Shown piece after piece: positions 53,298 to 64,000 of a stretch of DNA of 64,000 bases. Location of the stretch: contig NC_068995.1 of assembly GCF_001194135.2 (NCBI RefSeq), forward strand, positions 23,351,821 to 23,415,820, read 5' to 3'. The notes under the pieces are model-generated. The model did no database searches. It saw only the letters and a program-made list of their open reading frames with translations, and was not told the origin of the DNA. The position numbers and the translations under genes were made by a program. Numbering within the stretch: position 1 is the stretch's first letter; each line of letters starts with the position of its first letter. The DNA is from Octopus bimaculoides (lineage: Eukaryota).

Positions 53298-53960
53298 TAG
53301 ATGTCTAATTTTATATGTGTGCGTTTTGTGTACCTAAAAATAGACATATACAAATATACATATATATATATATAGGTACAAATTAAAAGGGTAAAGGATT
53401 ATCAATTTATTAATTAATAAATCACTTAATAATTAATAATTTTTACCAAGCCCATCGGTATGAAAGCACCATTATTGGTGGAGAACTTATTCAAAAGTTC
53501 ATATATTTATACATGAATCATACATATAAGCCTATACATATGTGTTTGTATGTACGTGTGTGTATGTGTGCGCATGTGCGTGGAAAATACAAACGTATTA
53601 ATAATTGTAGATTTACGATCAGGAGATTTTAATGAAAGCACACATGTTCACTATCACCGATAAAATAGTTATTGTCTACCTGTACTCAGGAAAATAGATG
53701 AATCAGACTAGTTTTTGTGCTTATAACTGCTTGATCAGTTATTAGCTTATTTACAACCAACTGAAGTATTGCTTGAGTTATTTATAGTATTTATAGTAAT
53801 ACTATAACAGCAATAAATATCTGTGCGCTATTATTCTAAGTGGGGAGAGGAAAATAAAATATCAATCTCTTTAAAAACGGTAATAGATGTTGAATCCAGC
53901 CCCACGGATCTTATATTTGACAGTAGCTATTAGACTTGTCGCAGTGCCTAAACTCAAAAA

Positions 53961-54076
53961 GGCATATGACTCAGCATCGGGCTCACAATCATAACTTAGT
54001 GAGTTCGATTCCCGGACTAGGCCATGTGTTGTGTTCTTGAGCAAGAGACTTCATTTCACTTTATTCATCGCTCCAG
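53961..54076 (+). mobile_element. SINE family C, truncated
   Basis: gagttcgattcccggac...tgttgtgttcttgagcaagagacttcatttcac...cgctccagt matches 16391-16637. Confidence 0.7.
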
Positions 54077-55494
54077 TATAAGAGAAAATTTTGGTGCTCA
54101 ATGAATACCTACTGATTTAATATGCATCTCTATTATAATGTTTTTTTTAATACTTATATTAATTTCCTTTCCCGTTGCTATTGATTGAAACTCTACGCAC
54201 GTTACAGCAGGTTAAATTAGATTCATTCGAATTTGTGTATTGTATACGTTAATATAAGTAAGATTTCTCTCCTTCAGGCTAGAAAATAAATCCATATCTG
54301 TTGATGCATTAATCGTAATTCATGTTTGTTAAATGAGCTCCCTCTCGTCACTTTGGAAAAAAGAGAGTGTGATTTTCAGTTTCTTTCACTTTCTTTCACT
54401 TTCTTTCTTCCTCTCCCTCTCTCTTCTCTCTCTTTCTCTCACTCTCTTTCCCCTTTCCTCCTTGTTTCCTTAAAGAGAGAAAGAAAAAAGTTAGACAGGG
54501 ACCTCACAGAAAAGTGCAAATATAATTATATATATATGTATTTATTTATTCTGTATGTGTGTGTGTATGTATATATGCATATACAGGTGTGGGTGAGTGC
54601 GTGTGCGTGTTTGTATCATAAACAGAAATAATATGTGATATACATTTATCTGTTTGTTTGCTTGTCTGTTTGCTTTTTTGTTTGTTTGTTTTTTGTTGTA
54701 GGCTTCTAAACCTTACGCTATTGTTGGCTCGTAGCGCGAGTGAATAGTGTCGACAACCAGTAAAGAAGGTTAATCTACTTCTCCCTCATGGTCAGTGGAA
54801 GACTGTCGGCTATTACTACAGTATGTATAAAACAATTGTATTTACAAATATACAAAACAAAAAGCAACAGGTTACTACTAATTACTTTAAACTACATATA
54901 ATTATAAACAGTCTACAGCAATGGTTAAATCTAGTAATCAGAGATCATAAATAAAGTGTAACAGGTAAATAACAATAAGACTAAGACTACGATATAATCC
55001 TAAATTATAGGGCTAAGGTGTTATTGGTGAAGCTACAATATTGAAGATAGGATAGAGGTCTTAATACGTGTTGTTGATTGAATGGCACAGTAAACTGATT
55101 ATAATTGAGAAGCTATTTTAGCTGACAGGAATTGAATCCACATTTCGGCATGCATATAACCACTATTCATATCTTCATCTAACAAGGTCTAAAGTGCCGG
55201 AAACGTTAAGGTGTTTGTATTGTTCTCCGCTTTAGTTTCCTCTAGAGTTCTACAAAACCTTCGCTATATTTTGTGTGAAGTCAAAAATTTAAAAAGCAAA
55301 ATTTGTTTCCAGCAATAAATAATGTTAGTGCAATTAACTTCGAATTATTAAGCACAGCTTTGATGGAAACAGCGAGTTATAGCGAGAAAGAAAGAGATTA
55401 CAGACAAAAGCTAGTGTAACACTTGTTCTTTGTCCTGGCTTACAAGCCGACACAGGAGAAAGGTGTAGTGCCCTCTTTGACTTTCTTTGAATGT

Positions 55495-55608
55495 TTTCTC
55501 TTTCTTTCTCTATCTCTCTCTCTCTCCCTCTCTCTCTCTTCTCTGTCTCTCTCTCTCTCCCCTCTCTCTCTCACTTCCATTTTCTTTCTCCATCATTCCC
55601 CAAAACTC

Positions 55609-55639
<31 letters not shown>

Positions 55640-55705
55640 TTCTCTCTCTCTCTCCCTCTCCCCCTCTCTCTCTTTCTCTCTCTCTCTCCCTCTCCCTCTC
55701 TCTTT
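55495..55705. repeat. (CT)n-rich polypyrimidine tract
   Basis: Direct reading. Confidence 0.9.
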
Positions 55706-56414
55706 ATTGCCCCCTCTAACTTTGTTTTACTCCGTGTTCCGAGTTGAAGTCCTGGCAGACTCTATTGTCATTCTGGGGACGATATAAATGTACCAGTAAT
55801 GTCCAGTGGTGGATTTAATAAATTGTAGCCAAATGGTTTTCAGTTTTCTTTCTTGATTCTGTCAGACAATGTGCCTTGTGGAATTTATTAATATTACCCT
55901 GCATCGGTCTTTACCTCAATAGAAACCTAACTACATCAGGTTGTACGGTGAAATTTGAGGGAAATTTGGACATTATTTCTAACCGCTGTAGCATACATTA
56001 ACCTTTTTATACAATATAAGCTAAAATACATTTGAAGGAGATTTAGCTGCTACTTCTAACAGACCCATTTATGATGTAGAAACATCCATCAATTGTCAAT
56101 AAGAAGATACATACATGAAACATTAGATTGTCCTTTGAGTAAGATTTGACTGCTATATCTATAAGGTCTACCTTACATCAAACAATCCAGAAGCTGCTTC
56201 AATACGATTTTAATAGAAAATTAATTCTCGTAATGAAATAATATGTATATATATAGATGAAAAAACACATCTATATATAGAAGAAAAAACAAACCTTGCG
56301 ACTATTTCTACCAACTTTAACAAACATACACATATACATGCATACATTCATACATACACACACACATGCATACATACATACGTACATATACACACATATA
56401 TAGAGTGAGATCGA

Positions 56415-56459
56415 TCGATATATATATATATATAGATATAGATATAGATAGATAGGTAC

Positions 56460-56494
<35 letters not shown>

Positions 56495-56497
56495 GGC

Positions 56498-56585
<88 letters not shown>

Positions 56586-56588
56586 GGA

Positions 56589-56622
<34 letters not shown>

Positions 56623-56650
56623 CACACACAGACACACAGACACACAGACA
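56415..56650. repeat. Compound (GACA)n(GATA)n microsatellite
   Basis: Direct reading. Confidence 0.95.
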
Positions 56651-57352
56651 CACAAAGAGAGCAGAACTGCATAAGAATTAGGCATTATTGGCATTGAATG
56701 TTATACTTCATCAGCTATTGCATAATTAATGCATGACGACTGCATGATTAATATGGGAACAAACAACGTCGGTGAAAGGCAAGATTTATCAACGAAGGTT
56801 TTGTCCAAAAATCCATCTATACTTTTAGTTATGGTTAAAGATAAATTAAAATATACGGCTTGAAAGAAAAAAAAAACAGAATTATAAATAAAGAGACTGC
56901 AATTTTTTTCAAAGTATACATAATCTTTTTTTTTAAAATATACTTAAAAATATGAATTACGGATGAAAATTGAAAATACATTATAAATTCAGAATTGAAA
57001 TACTAAAAATTATAGAATCAAGAGACTTTTAAAAATAATTAAAAAACATTTCAAAACTTTTCAATAAACAATTGAAATTTTTTTCACGCTTCGAAAATTA
57101 TTAAAATCAAAAATCAAAAATTAAAAATTAAAGAATTGAAAAACTAAGAATTAAAAATTTAAAAATTTAAAACATTAAAAAAAGGATAAATAAAAATAGG
57201 AACACAGCATTTTATTTAACAATATTCTTTGGTTGAAAACATAATAAATACGAGGGGTGGGTCTATGTATTGATAGGTATTGTATATGCCTTGTGCTTTA
57301 TATAATAGTTCACTGTTTTGTTTTCTTTAATTACAGTTATTTATATTTAAAT

Positions 57353-57767
57353 AGACGAAGTCGTAGCTGTGTGGTAAGAAACTTGCTACTCGACTGCATG
57401 GTTCCTGGTTCTGTCCCACTACGTGGAACCTTAGGCAATTGTCTCCTACTATAGCCTTGGGCCGACCAAATTCTTGTATTTAGGGAACGAAAACTGAATT
57501 GAAGGCCGTCGTATACGTGTGTGTATTTGTGCGTGCACGTGTGTGTAGGTGTGGGTGTAACTCTGTTCCTGTGTTTGTCATCCACTACCACTTGACAACC
57601 CGCGTCGGTGTGTTTACGCCCTCGTAACCTAGGGATTGGACAAGAGAACGATTGAATAAATGCCAGGCTTAACAAAAATTAGTACCGGGTATCCATTCAA
57701 GCGACTAAGATCTCATACTGGCGGCGAGCATGGCCGCAGTCTAATAACTGAAACAAGTAAAAGATAA
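57353..57767 (+). mobile_element. SINE family D, near full length
   Basis: Head gtagctgtgtggtaagaaacttgct...catggttcctggttctgtcccact, internal (GT)n, tail gagcatggccgcagtctaataactgaaacaagtaaaagataa. Confidence 0.85.
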
Positions 57768-58224
57768 TAGTTAAAACGGATAAAATATCCAAGGAGGAAT
57801 AATTTTTGGAGAGTAGGTTGTTGAAGGTGAAGTCGAAAACTATTAAATTTAATCTCTCTAGAAATAGTTTCTCTAAAATCATGTTGTCATAGTAAAACCA
57901 AGGTAAAAACCAACTCTGGCAAACATATTTCTGAACAAAAGGCAAATTTCACATAGAGGAATAGTAAAACATATTGCCTAATAATAACCATTAAAATGCA
58001 GCAATAAAATTTATTGCAGAGTATAAACCACGACATTGCCAACTATGTGTCAACCGAAACCGTTCAATGTCAGCTCCGAAAACGGGATACCGTATAAAGA
58101 TAACAGCAGTTATCCTGTTATAAAGCTATAACTAAAAATTCTGCTAAACACCTTACAGTTCATGTATTCCTAGACGTATTAAAGCTATGACCAATGTCAA
58201 AGGCGGACCAATCCCTTATTAAAT

Positions 58225-58428
58225 ATTGGTTTCAAATTTTGGCACAAGACTAGCAAGCTCAGGGGAGTGGAAGTCGATTACAACGGCCCCAGCACTCAAC
58301 TGGTACTTAGTTTATCGAACACGGAAAGATGAAATACAAATTCGGCTCCGGGAGAATTTGAACTCAGAACGTTAACTACAAACAAAATTTTGCCCGGTGT
58401 GCTAACGATTCTGCCACCTCACTGCCTT
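58225..58428 (-). mobile_element. SINE family A
   Basis: ggtttcaaattttggcacaag...ccccagcactcaactggtactta...gaatttgaactcagaacg...tgctaacgattctgcc. Confidence 0.85.
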
Positions 58429-58561
58429 TTACCCACTATTAAGTTCTTTTAAAAAATGAAGTTTTTTAATCCTTCTACTAAATATTATAACTTCAATTTA
58501 GCAAGATGTTTGCATTATTTTGTCCATGTTTCTCTCTCCCCTTTACTATGTGTGTGTGTGT

Positions 58562-58596
<35 letters not shown>

Positions 58597-59487
58597 TTCG
58601 TGTGTGTGGGTGTGTGTGTGTGTGTGTGTGTGTATGCATCAACACATGTAAGTATATATACTGAAATCTAAAGATCAGAATTTGTGATGGAATTCAGGCC
58701 AAACAATGAAATCGCCTTACATTGGATGCAGAAATGTAATATGCGTAATAGTGGCATCGTCCTGGATATGAGCGAATTAGAAATTTCTAGAAATCTCAAC
58801 TGAGATCCCTAAAGATTAATAGTTGTAGAAGAGGTGCCTTTGTAACGCACTATCTATTCTTAAACGTGTCCGTTCGCCAGATCTGCTTGATGTTATTGCA
58901 GGATTGAAGGTTTTGTGATGTTCATGGTGAAGGGGCAGTAAGTTGAAATAATTATTTGTCGGTATGGGTAGTATTCATTATTCAGTTGGTGCTTAGTGCA
59001 AAATTCGCATGTAAACAATCAATGGATGCAAAAAATTAAGAAGACCTTGAACACAATGCAATGCACGAAGGAATATTCGGTGGTTCCAATAATTAGTTTG
59101 TAATAGATTAGCTGGTGGGCAATACTGACAAATACATAAAGATGGATGGGTTTTCCTCGTTATATTTATCCGGATCTGTTACAGCGACAAAATGTATGAA
59201 CCGTGTCTTTCTCTGTCGTCTTGCATCTATTTAAGATGTACTACTTAACATCGCACAGGAAGAGTAATGAAGAATTCTAAAGCAAGAAAATTCGTCACAA
59301 CAATTTCTCTTCTCTTTACTTAAATTGATTTGATTCTCGAAAGATTATAAATATATCATACCAAATATCTTCTATAGTTATTATTTTTACTTTTCCATTC
59401 TGACGAGTAAAGATTCCTTTTGAAGGGCGTCCGTTCCTAAAGTTACGTATAAGCATATGTTATTCTAATGTGTAAGTAGATATAAAT

Positions 59488-59870
59488 GGAGGGGAAATGA
59501 CCTAGTGGTTAGGGTAGCGCACCCGCGGTCATAGGATCGCAGTTTCGATTCCCAGACCGGGAGGTGTAAGTGTTTATTGAACGAAAACACCTAAAGCTCC
59601 ATGAGGCTCTGGCAGGGGATAGTGGCAAACCCTACTGTACTCTTTCACCACAACTTTCTCTCACTCTTCCTGTTTCTGTTGTGCCTGTAATTCAAAGGGT
59701 CACCCTTGTCACACTGTGTCACGCAGAATATCCCCGAGAAGTACGTTAAGGGTACACGTGTCTGTGGAGTGCTCAGCCACTTGCACGTTAATTTCTCAAG
59801 CAGGCTGTTCCGTTGATCGGATCGACTGCAACCCTCGACGTCGTAAGCGACGGAGTGCCAACAACAACAA
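59488..59870 (+). mobile_element. tRNA-derived SINE family B, full length with (CAA)n tail
   Basis: ggaggggaaatgacctagtggttaggg (A box)...gtttcgattcccagacc (B box)...gacggagtgccaacaacaacaa. Confidence 0.9.
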
Positions 59871-59969
59871 TTAGATATAGACATACACATTCACGTCTAT
59901 AAATCTCAACTCTGTTACTGTATAGTGAGATTTTGCGTCGCGCCACTTTTCTGAACTCTATTTACGACG

Positions 59970-60260
59970 GTATCTCACAGTTCGTGCAAAGTACTAGAAA
60001 TAGGAAAAGATCTTGGAGAAACGAATGAAATATATATGTATATATATAAACAAATAATAAATGAGTATATGCATATATACGTATAGGTATGTGCATACTT
60101 ACGTCTACCTGTATATATAGGTGCATATCTGGGTACAGGACATTGCAAACAAATCGTAGACAAGAAAATAATAATAACCAGCGTACAGAAAACACACAAG
60201 CCACATAGAGAACATTTTCCTTCATCAGCTACCCCCCCCCCTTTTAACACCGGCGTTTCA
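59970..60260 (-). mobile_element. Second copy of the 3.1-kb repeat family, without the foldback arm
   Basis: Minus strand gaaacgcc...agctgatgaagg...gtggct...aatgtcctgtacccagatatgcacctatatatacaggtagacgtaagtatg aligns with 3101-3250. Confidence 0.65.
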
Positions 60261-60442
60261 CGTGCATTTATGTGTGTGTGTATGTAAGTATGTATGTATA
60301 CATGCAAGTATGCATGTATATGTCTATGTATAAAATGTATAAATATATATATACATGCAAAAACAGAAGTATATATATTCCTTAAATTAATTAAATTCTG
60401 GAATTATACATTCGAATTATTTAATTATTATAATGTGAAGAT

Positions 60443-61172
60443 CTAATATTTACTAGACCTTCCCTACTAAATATTCAATGCAAGGACCCTATTAAGCATG
60501 TTACTGATCAGATGACGAATTTTCTTTTGAAGAATTTGTTGCCTAATTTCATGCAGTAATCTCAAAATATCTGGCTTTGAGGATGCTTCTTTCTTTTCTT
60601 TCTCTGAAGTGTTCTGCCATTATGCCCAGATGTGTACAATAGGATTCATATCTGGTAACTAGCTTGGCCATGGAAGCTTATTAATGCCATTCTCTTCCAA
60701 CCAATCTTTTTAGCCATGTGATGAGGAACTACTTCTTCCATAAATAGTCTTCTTTAATCATTTCACCACAGGAGAAGATTGGAAGGAGACCTTTGTACAA
60801 TATGGATACATATTTATCTGACTTTATGTTTCCTTCACACTCCACCAGCACTGATCAACCATTGCTCCAAATTGCTTTACAGACATCACAGAATAGCTGC
60901 CATGTTTCATTGTTGACTGCAAATTTTCACATCAAATTCTTGATTTCTGTGTCTCCAAAACCACACACAACCACTGTCAAAAAATAAAGCAAATCTGGCA
61001 GGCATGATACATGGACCCAAGGGTATGTAGTGTGAAGTCGACTCAGATGGAAATTGAACTCGGAACATAAAGTCTCACAAAATACAACTCAATCGCATAT
61101 CTTTCTTTAAGCACAGACACAGAGGCAGATATGTATATGTGAATATATCTATAGAGATCTATATAGGCATGT

Positions 61173-61234
<62 letters not shown>

Positions 61235-62100
61235 GCATGTGTGTGCGCGTGTAGTGTTTGCGTGAAGGTATGTGTATGCGTGTACATGTGTATGCTGTGC
61301 GTTTCTATGTATGCGTGTGTATCTGTGAATATCTATAAATGTATGTGTGTTTGGGTGAAGTTTAGGATTAGGGCTATCGGGTTAGTTATCACTTTGTCTT
61401 CTTTCTTTCTTGTACACGATTACTTTAATATAGGCTCACTTTGTTCGTCTTACAGCTGCTACTCATCATTCACATTGTCGCTTCTATCTCTGTGCATTAC
61501 TCTTTTTTTCCCTAATAAGTCGTGTCCCCCTCGTGAAGTAGAAGACATCTTCTTATATTTCACGTCCTCCGTAACAAATATTCAGACATGCCCCATTCCC
61601 TGCTACAATAGGATAAATGTAAGCAAGCAACGCCACATGTAGTTCTTCTACCGTCAACCACAGGATATAGTGATTTCCTGTCATACATATTCGTGAAGAT
61701 ATTACGTTTACATCATGAAAAAGGCTAGTGGTTGCATGATTATATCCGTTGCCACATAAGGAGAATATATCTGGACTCAACAAAGAATATGACAGTGTCC
61801 CAAACTGCTAGTGGTCATCACCTCATCTCACTGGCCAAACCTTTCCTTTGTTTGATATTGGCTAGACGAAAAGTGGCTTAATTCTAGCTATTCTGCTATA
61901 GTAACTAAGATTGTAGATGACACCTGACGGCTGCTCTGTGACTGATATCAACTCGTTATGCTATGTCAGAGACCTTGCAATGAGGATTATTCTGTTAACG
62001 AAGCGAAGAGTCCTCTTATGTTGCATGTCTCGTTACTCTGTTTGTTTTTTTCGATGTTCGAAAAAAGCTCGTTTTATATTTTCGTTTCTCATTACGTGAA
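60443..62100 (-). mobile_element. Tc1-like (DD34E) transposase pseudogene split by an internal insertion (~60990-61730)
   Basis: N-half at 61730-62100: RIARIKPL..QRK.LASE...WDTVIFFVESRY (decayed IFSDES). C-half at 60443-60990: MKHGSYSVM...NIKSDKYVSILYKGLLP...WLEENGINKLPWPS*LPDMNPIVHIW...LISNMLNRVLAL..GRSSKY*. Confidence 0.82.
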
Positions 62101-62821
62101 CGTTTTTTTGATGTCCTGAACCCATATATGCATGTATGTATACATACAGATGTAGTTACGTACATATATGTATGAATATATGCATATATTTATACATTTA
62201 TATATTATTTATATTATTATGTGAACGAACGCCACGCATCCTTTTCCAAGTAACCTTATATATATATATATNNNNNNNNNNNNNNNNNNNNNNNNNNNNN
62301 NNNNNNNNNNNNNNNNNNNNNNNNNNNNNNNNNNNNNNNNNNNNNNNNNNNNNNNNNNNNNNNNNNNNNNNNNNNNNNNNNNNNNNNNNNNNNNNNNNNN
62401 NNNNNNNNNNNNNNNNNNNNNNNNNNNNNNNNNNNNNNNNNNNNNNNNNNNNNNNNNNNNNNNNNNNNNNNNNNNNNNNNNNNNNNNNNNNNNNNNNNNN
62501 NNNNNNNNNNNNNNNNNNNNNNNNNNNNNNNNNNNNNNNNNNNNNNNNNNNNNNNNNNNNNNNNNNNNNNNNNNNNNNNNNNNNNNNNNNNNNNNNNNNN
62601 NNNNNNNNNNNNNNNNNNNNNNNNNNNNNNNNNNNNNNNNNNNNNNNNNNNNNNNNNNNNNNNNNNNNNNNNNNNNNNNNNNNNNNNNNNNNNNNNNNNN
62701 NNNNNNNNNNNNNNNNNNNNNNNNNNNNNNNNNNNNNNNNNNNNNNNNNNNNNNNNNNNNNNNNNNNNNNNNNNNNNNNNNNNNNNNNNNNNNNNNNNNN
62801 NNNNNNNNNNNNNNNNATATA

Positions 62822-62940
62822 TATGACTGGCTTCTTTCAGTCTCAATGTACCTAATCAACCCACAAGGCTTTGGTCAGCTCGAGGCTATAGTAGAAGAGT
62901 GTTGCCCAAGTTACTACGCAGTCGGACTGTACCTCGAACT
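62822..62940 (-). mobile_element. SINE family D 5' part
   Basis: ggcttctttcagt...cacaaggctttggtcagctcgaggctatagtagaagag...cgcagtcggactg. Confidence 0.8.
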
Positions 62941-62947
62941 ACACACA

Positions 62948-62963
62948 CAGATAGATAGATAGG

Positions 62964-62994
<31 letters not shown>

Positions 62995-62999
62995 GTAGG

Positions 63000-63050
<51 letters not shown>
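62948..63050. repeat. (GATA)n microsatellite
   Basis: Direct reading. Confidence 0.95.
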
Positions 63051-64000
63051 GAAGAGATTGAGACAGAGAGAGATTGATTGAGTGATGGATTGATTTATAG
63101 TTTGATAGATATATAAAGAAAGAGATGGGGGCAGTTAGATAGATATATATTCGATACATATCACCTAAATTAGAAAAATATGACAGTGCGTTTAATGATG
63201 TCGAGCAGTATAGTTGTAAGTATTGTAAAAAAGATGCCTATTGTCACTTGTGTATATTACACTATTGTATATAGTGAACTATTGTACATATTGTCCTATC
63301 GCATTACTGAATCTCGTCAAGTGACTTGAAATGGAATTCGACTTGGCTACACAACTCCGAGAAAATAATAGCATTTCTTTCGAACGTTATCATGCATTCA
63401 AAACGGCCTTCTGCCTTTGGTCATAGAAAAAATTATGCGATGCTATTAAACAAAAACATATCGTATGAAGCAAAAAGAATTAAATACATAAAAATTGATA
63501 TATGGTGAGTATATAATACAAGCACAATACTAGTTACTTACTTAATGATAAGAGCCCAAAGGGGCGAAAGTAATAGGTTCACAATTTTATTTTCAATAAA
63601 GAAAAGACTGCTTTTTAGAGTGTAAAATACACAAATATAATTAAAATAACCTCTGAGTTCTTTCGAACAAATGCGTCTGGAAACTTTCTGCTGATAGCTT
63701 GCTGAATCATTATTTAACACGTAGCACTACAGAAATGGAAATTGAATTTTCATCTTCCCGATTTATGAGGAGAAAGGTCAACGTAAATATTGTCTGGGAT
63801 ACAGAGAAGCAGAAACATAAAGAAACAACGATAAGTTCGATTGTAAACTTGATACATAAACTATATTTTTGCACGATAATACATGAGAAATTTGCACAGC
63901 ATTAACGTGGTGGACTTATTCTATATCTGGTGTTCATTCGTAAATTTCTCATCTATCTTTTTTATGAACTTGTGCCTTACATTTACATATATATAGATCG

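Noticed and set aside
55140-55215. Very degenerate hammerhead-like words on both strands (ctaacaa...gccggaaacgtt)
   Set aside because: Needs several core substitutions and lacks stem I; indistinguishable from chance.
56990-57190. A-rich aattaaaa-type degenerate repeat, considered as a mitochondrial insertion
   Set aside because: No mitochondrial gene motifs; simple low-complexity sequence.
16560-59560. tRNA-like sequences (16560-16637, 33191-33265, 59488-59560)
   Set aside because: They lack complete cloverleafs and continue into repeat bodies, so they are SINE heads rather than tRNA genes.

Overview
AT-rich, gene-poor eukaryotic DNA from a gapped scaffold assembly, with many N-runs that usually sit beside (TA)n/(CA)n tracts. 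The microsatellite load and SINE families look like those of an octopod cephalopod; this is an inference from familiarity, not a database result. Almost every entry in the supplied ORF track is a microsatellite or N-gap artefact. No confidently identifiable host gene is present. The best candidates are a possible first coding exon running off the left edge (146->1, minus strand) and a weak spliced small ORF near 9.1 kb. The rest is a graveyard of mobile elements: at least five tRNA-derived SINE families; LINE fragments of RTE, CR1-like, Tx1/L1-like, R4/Dong-like and HERO/R2-like type; a Penelope-like GIY-YIG endonuclease; mariner and Tc1 remnants; and foldback/MITE elements. The most interesting signal is invisible to the ORF track: minimal type-I hammerhead ribozyme motifs. 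One intact-looking hammerhead (36335-36377) lies in a ~355-nt non-coding monomer arranged as a partial tandem plus an inverted copy (35788-36604), the architecture of a Penelope-mobilised retrozyme-like element. A second hammerhead family lies at 46.6 kb, and several decayed hammerhead-like motifs occur elsewhere.
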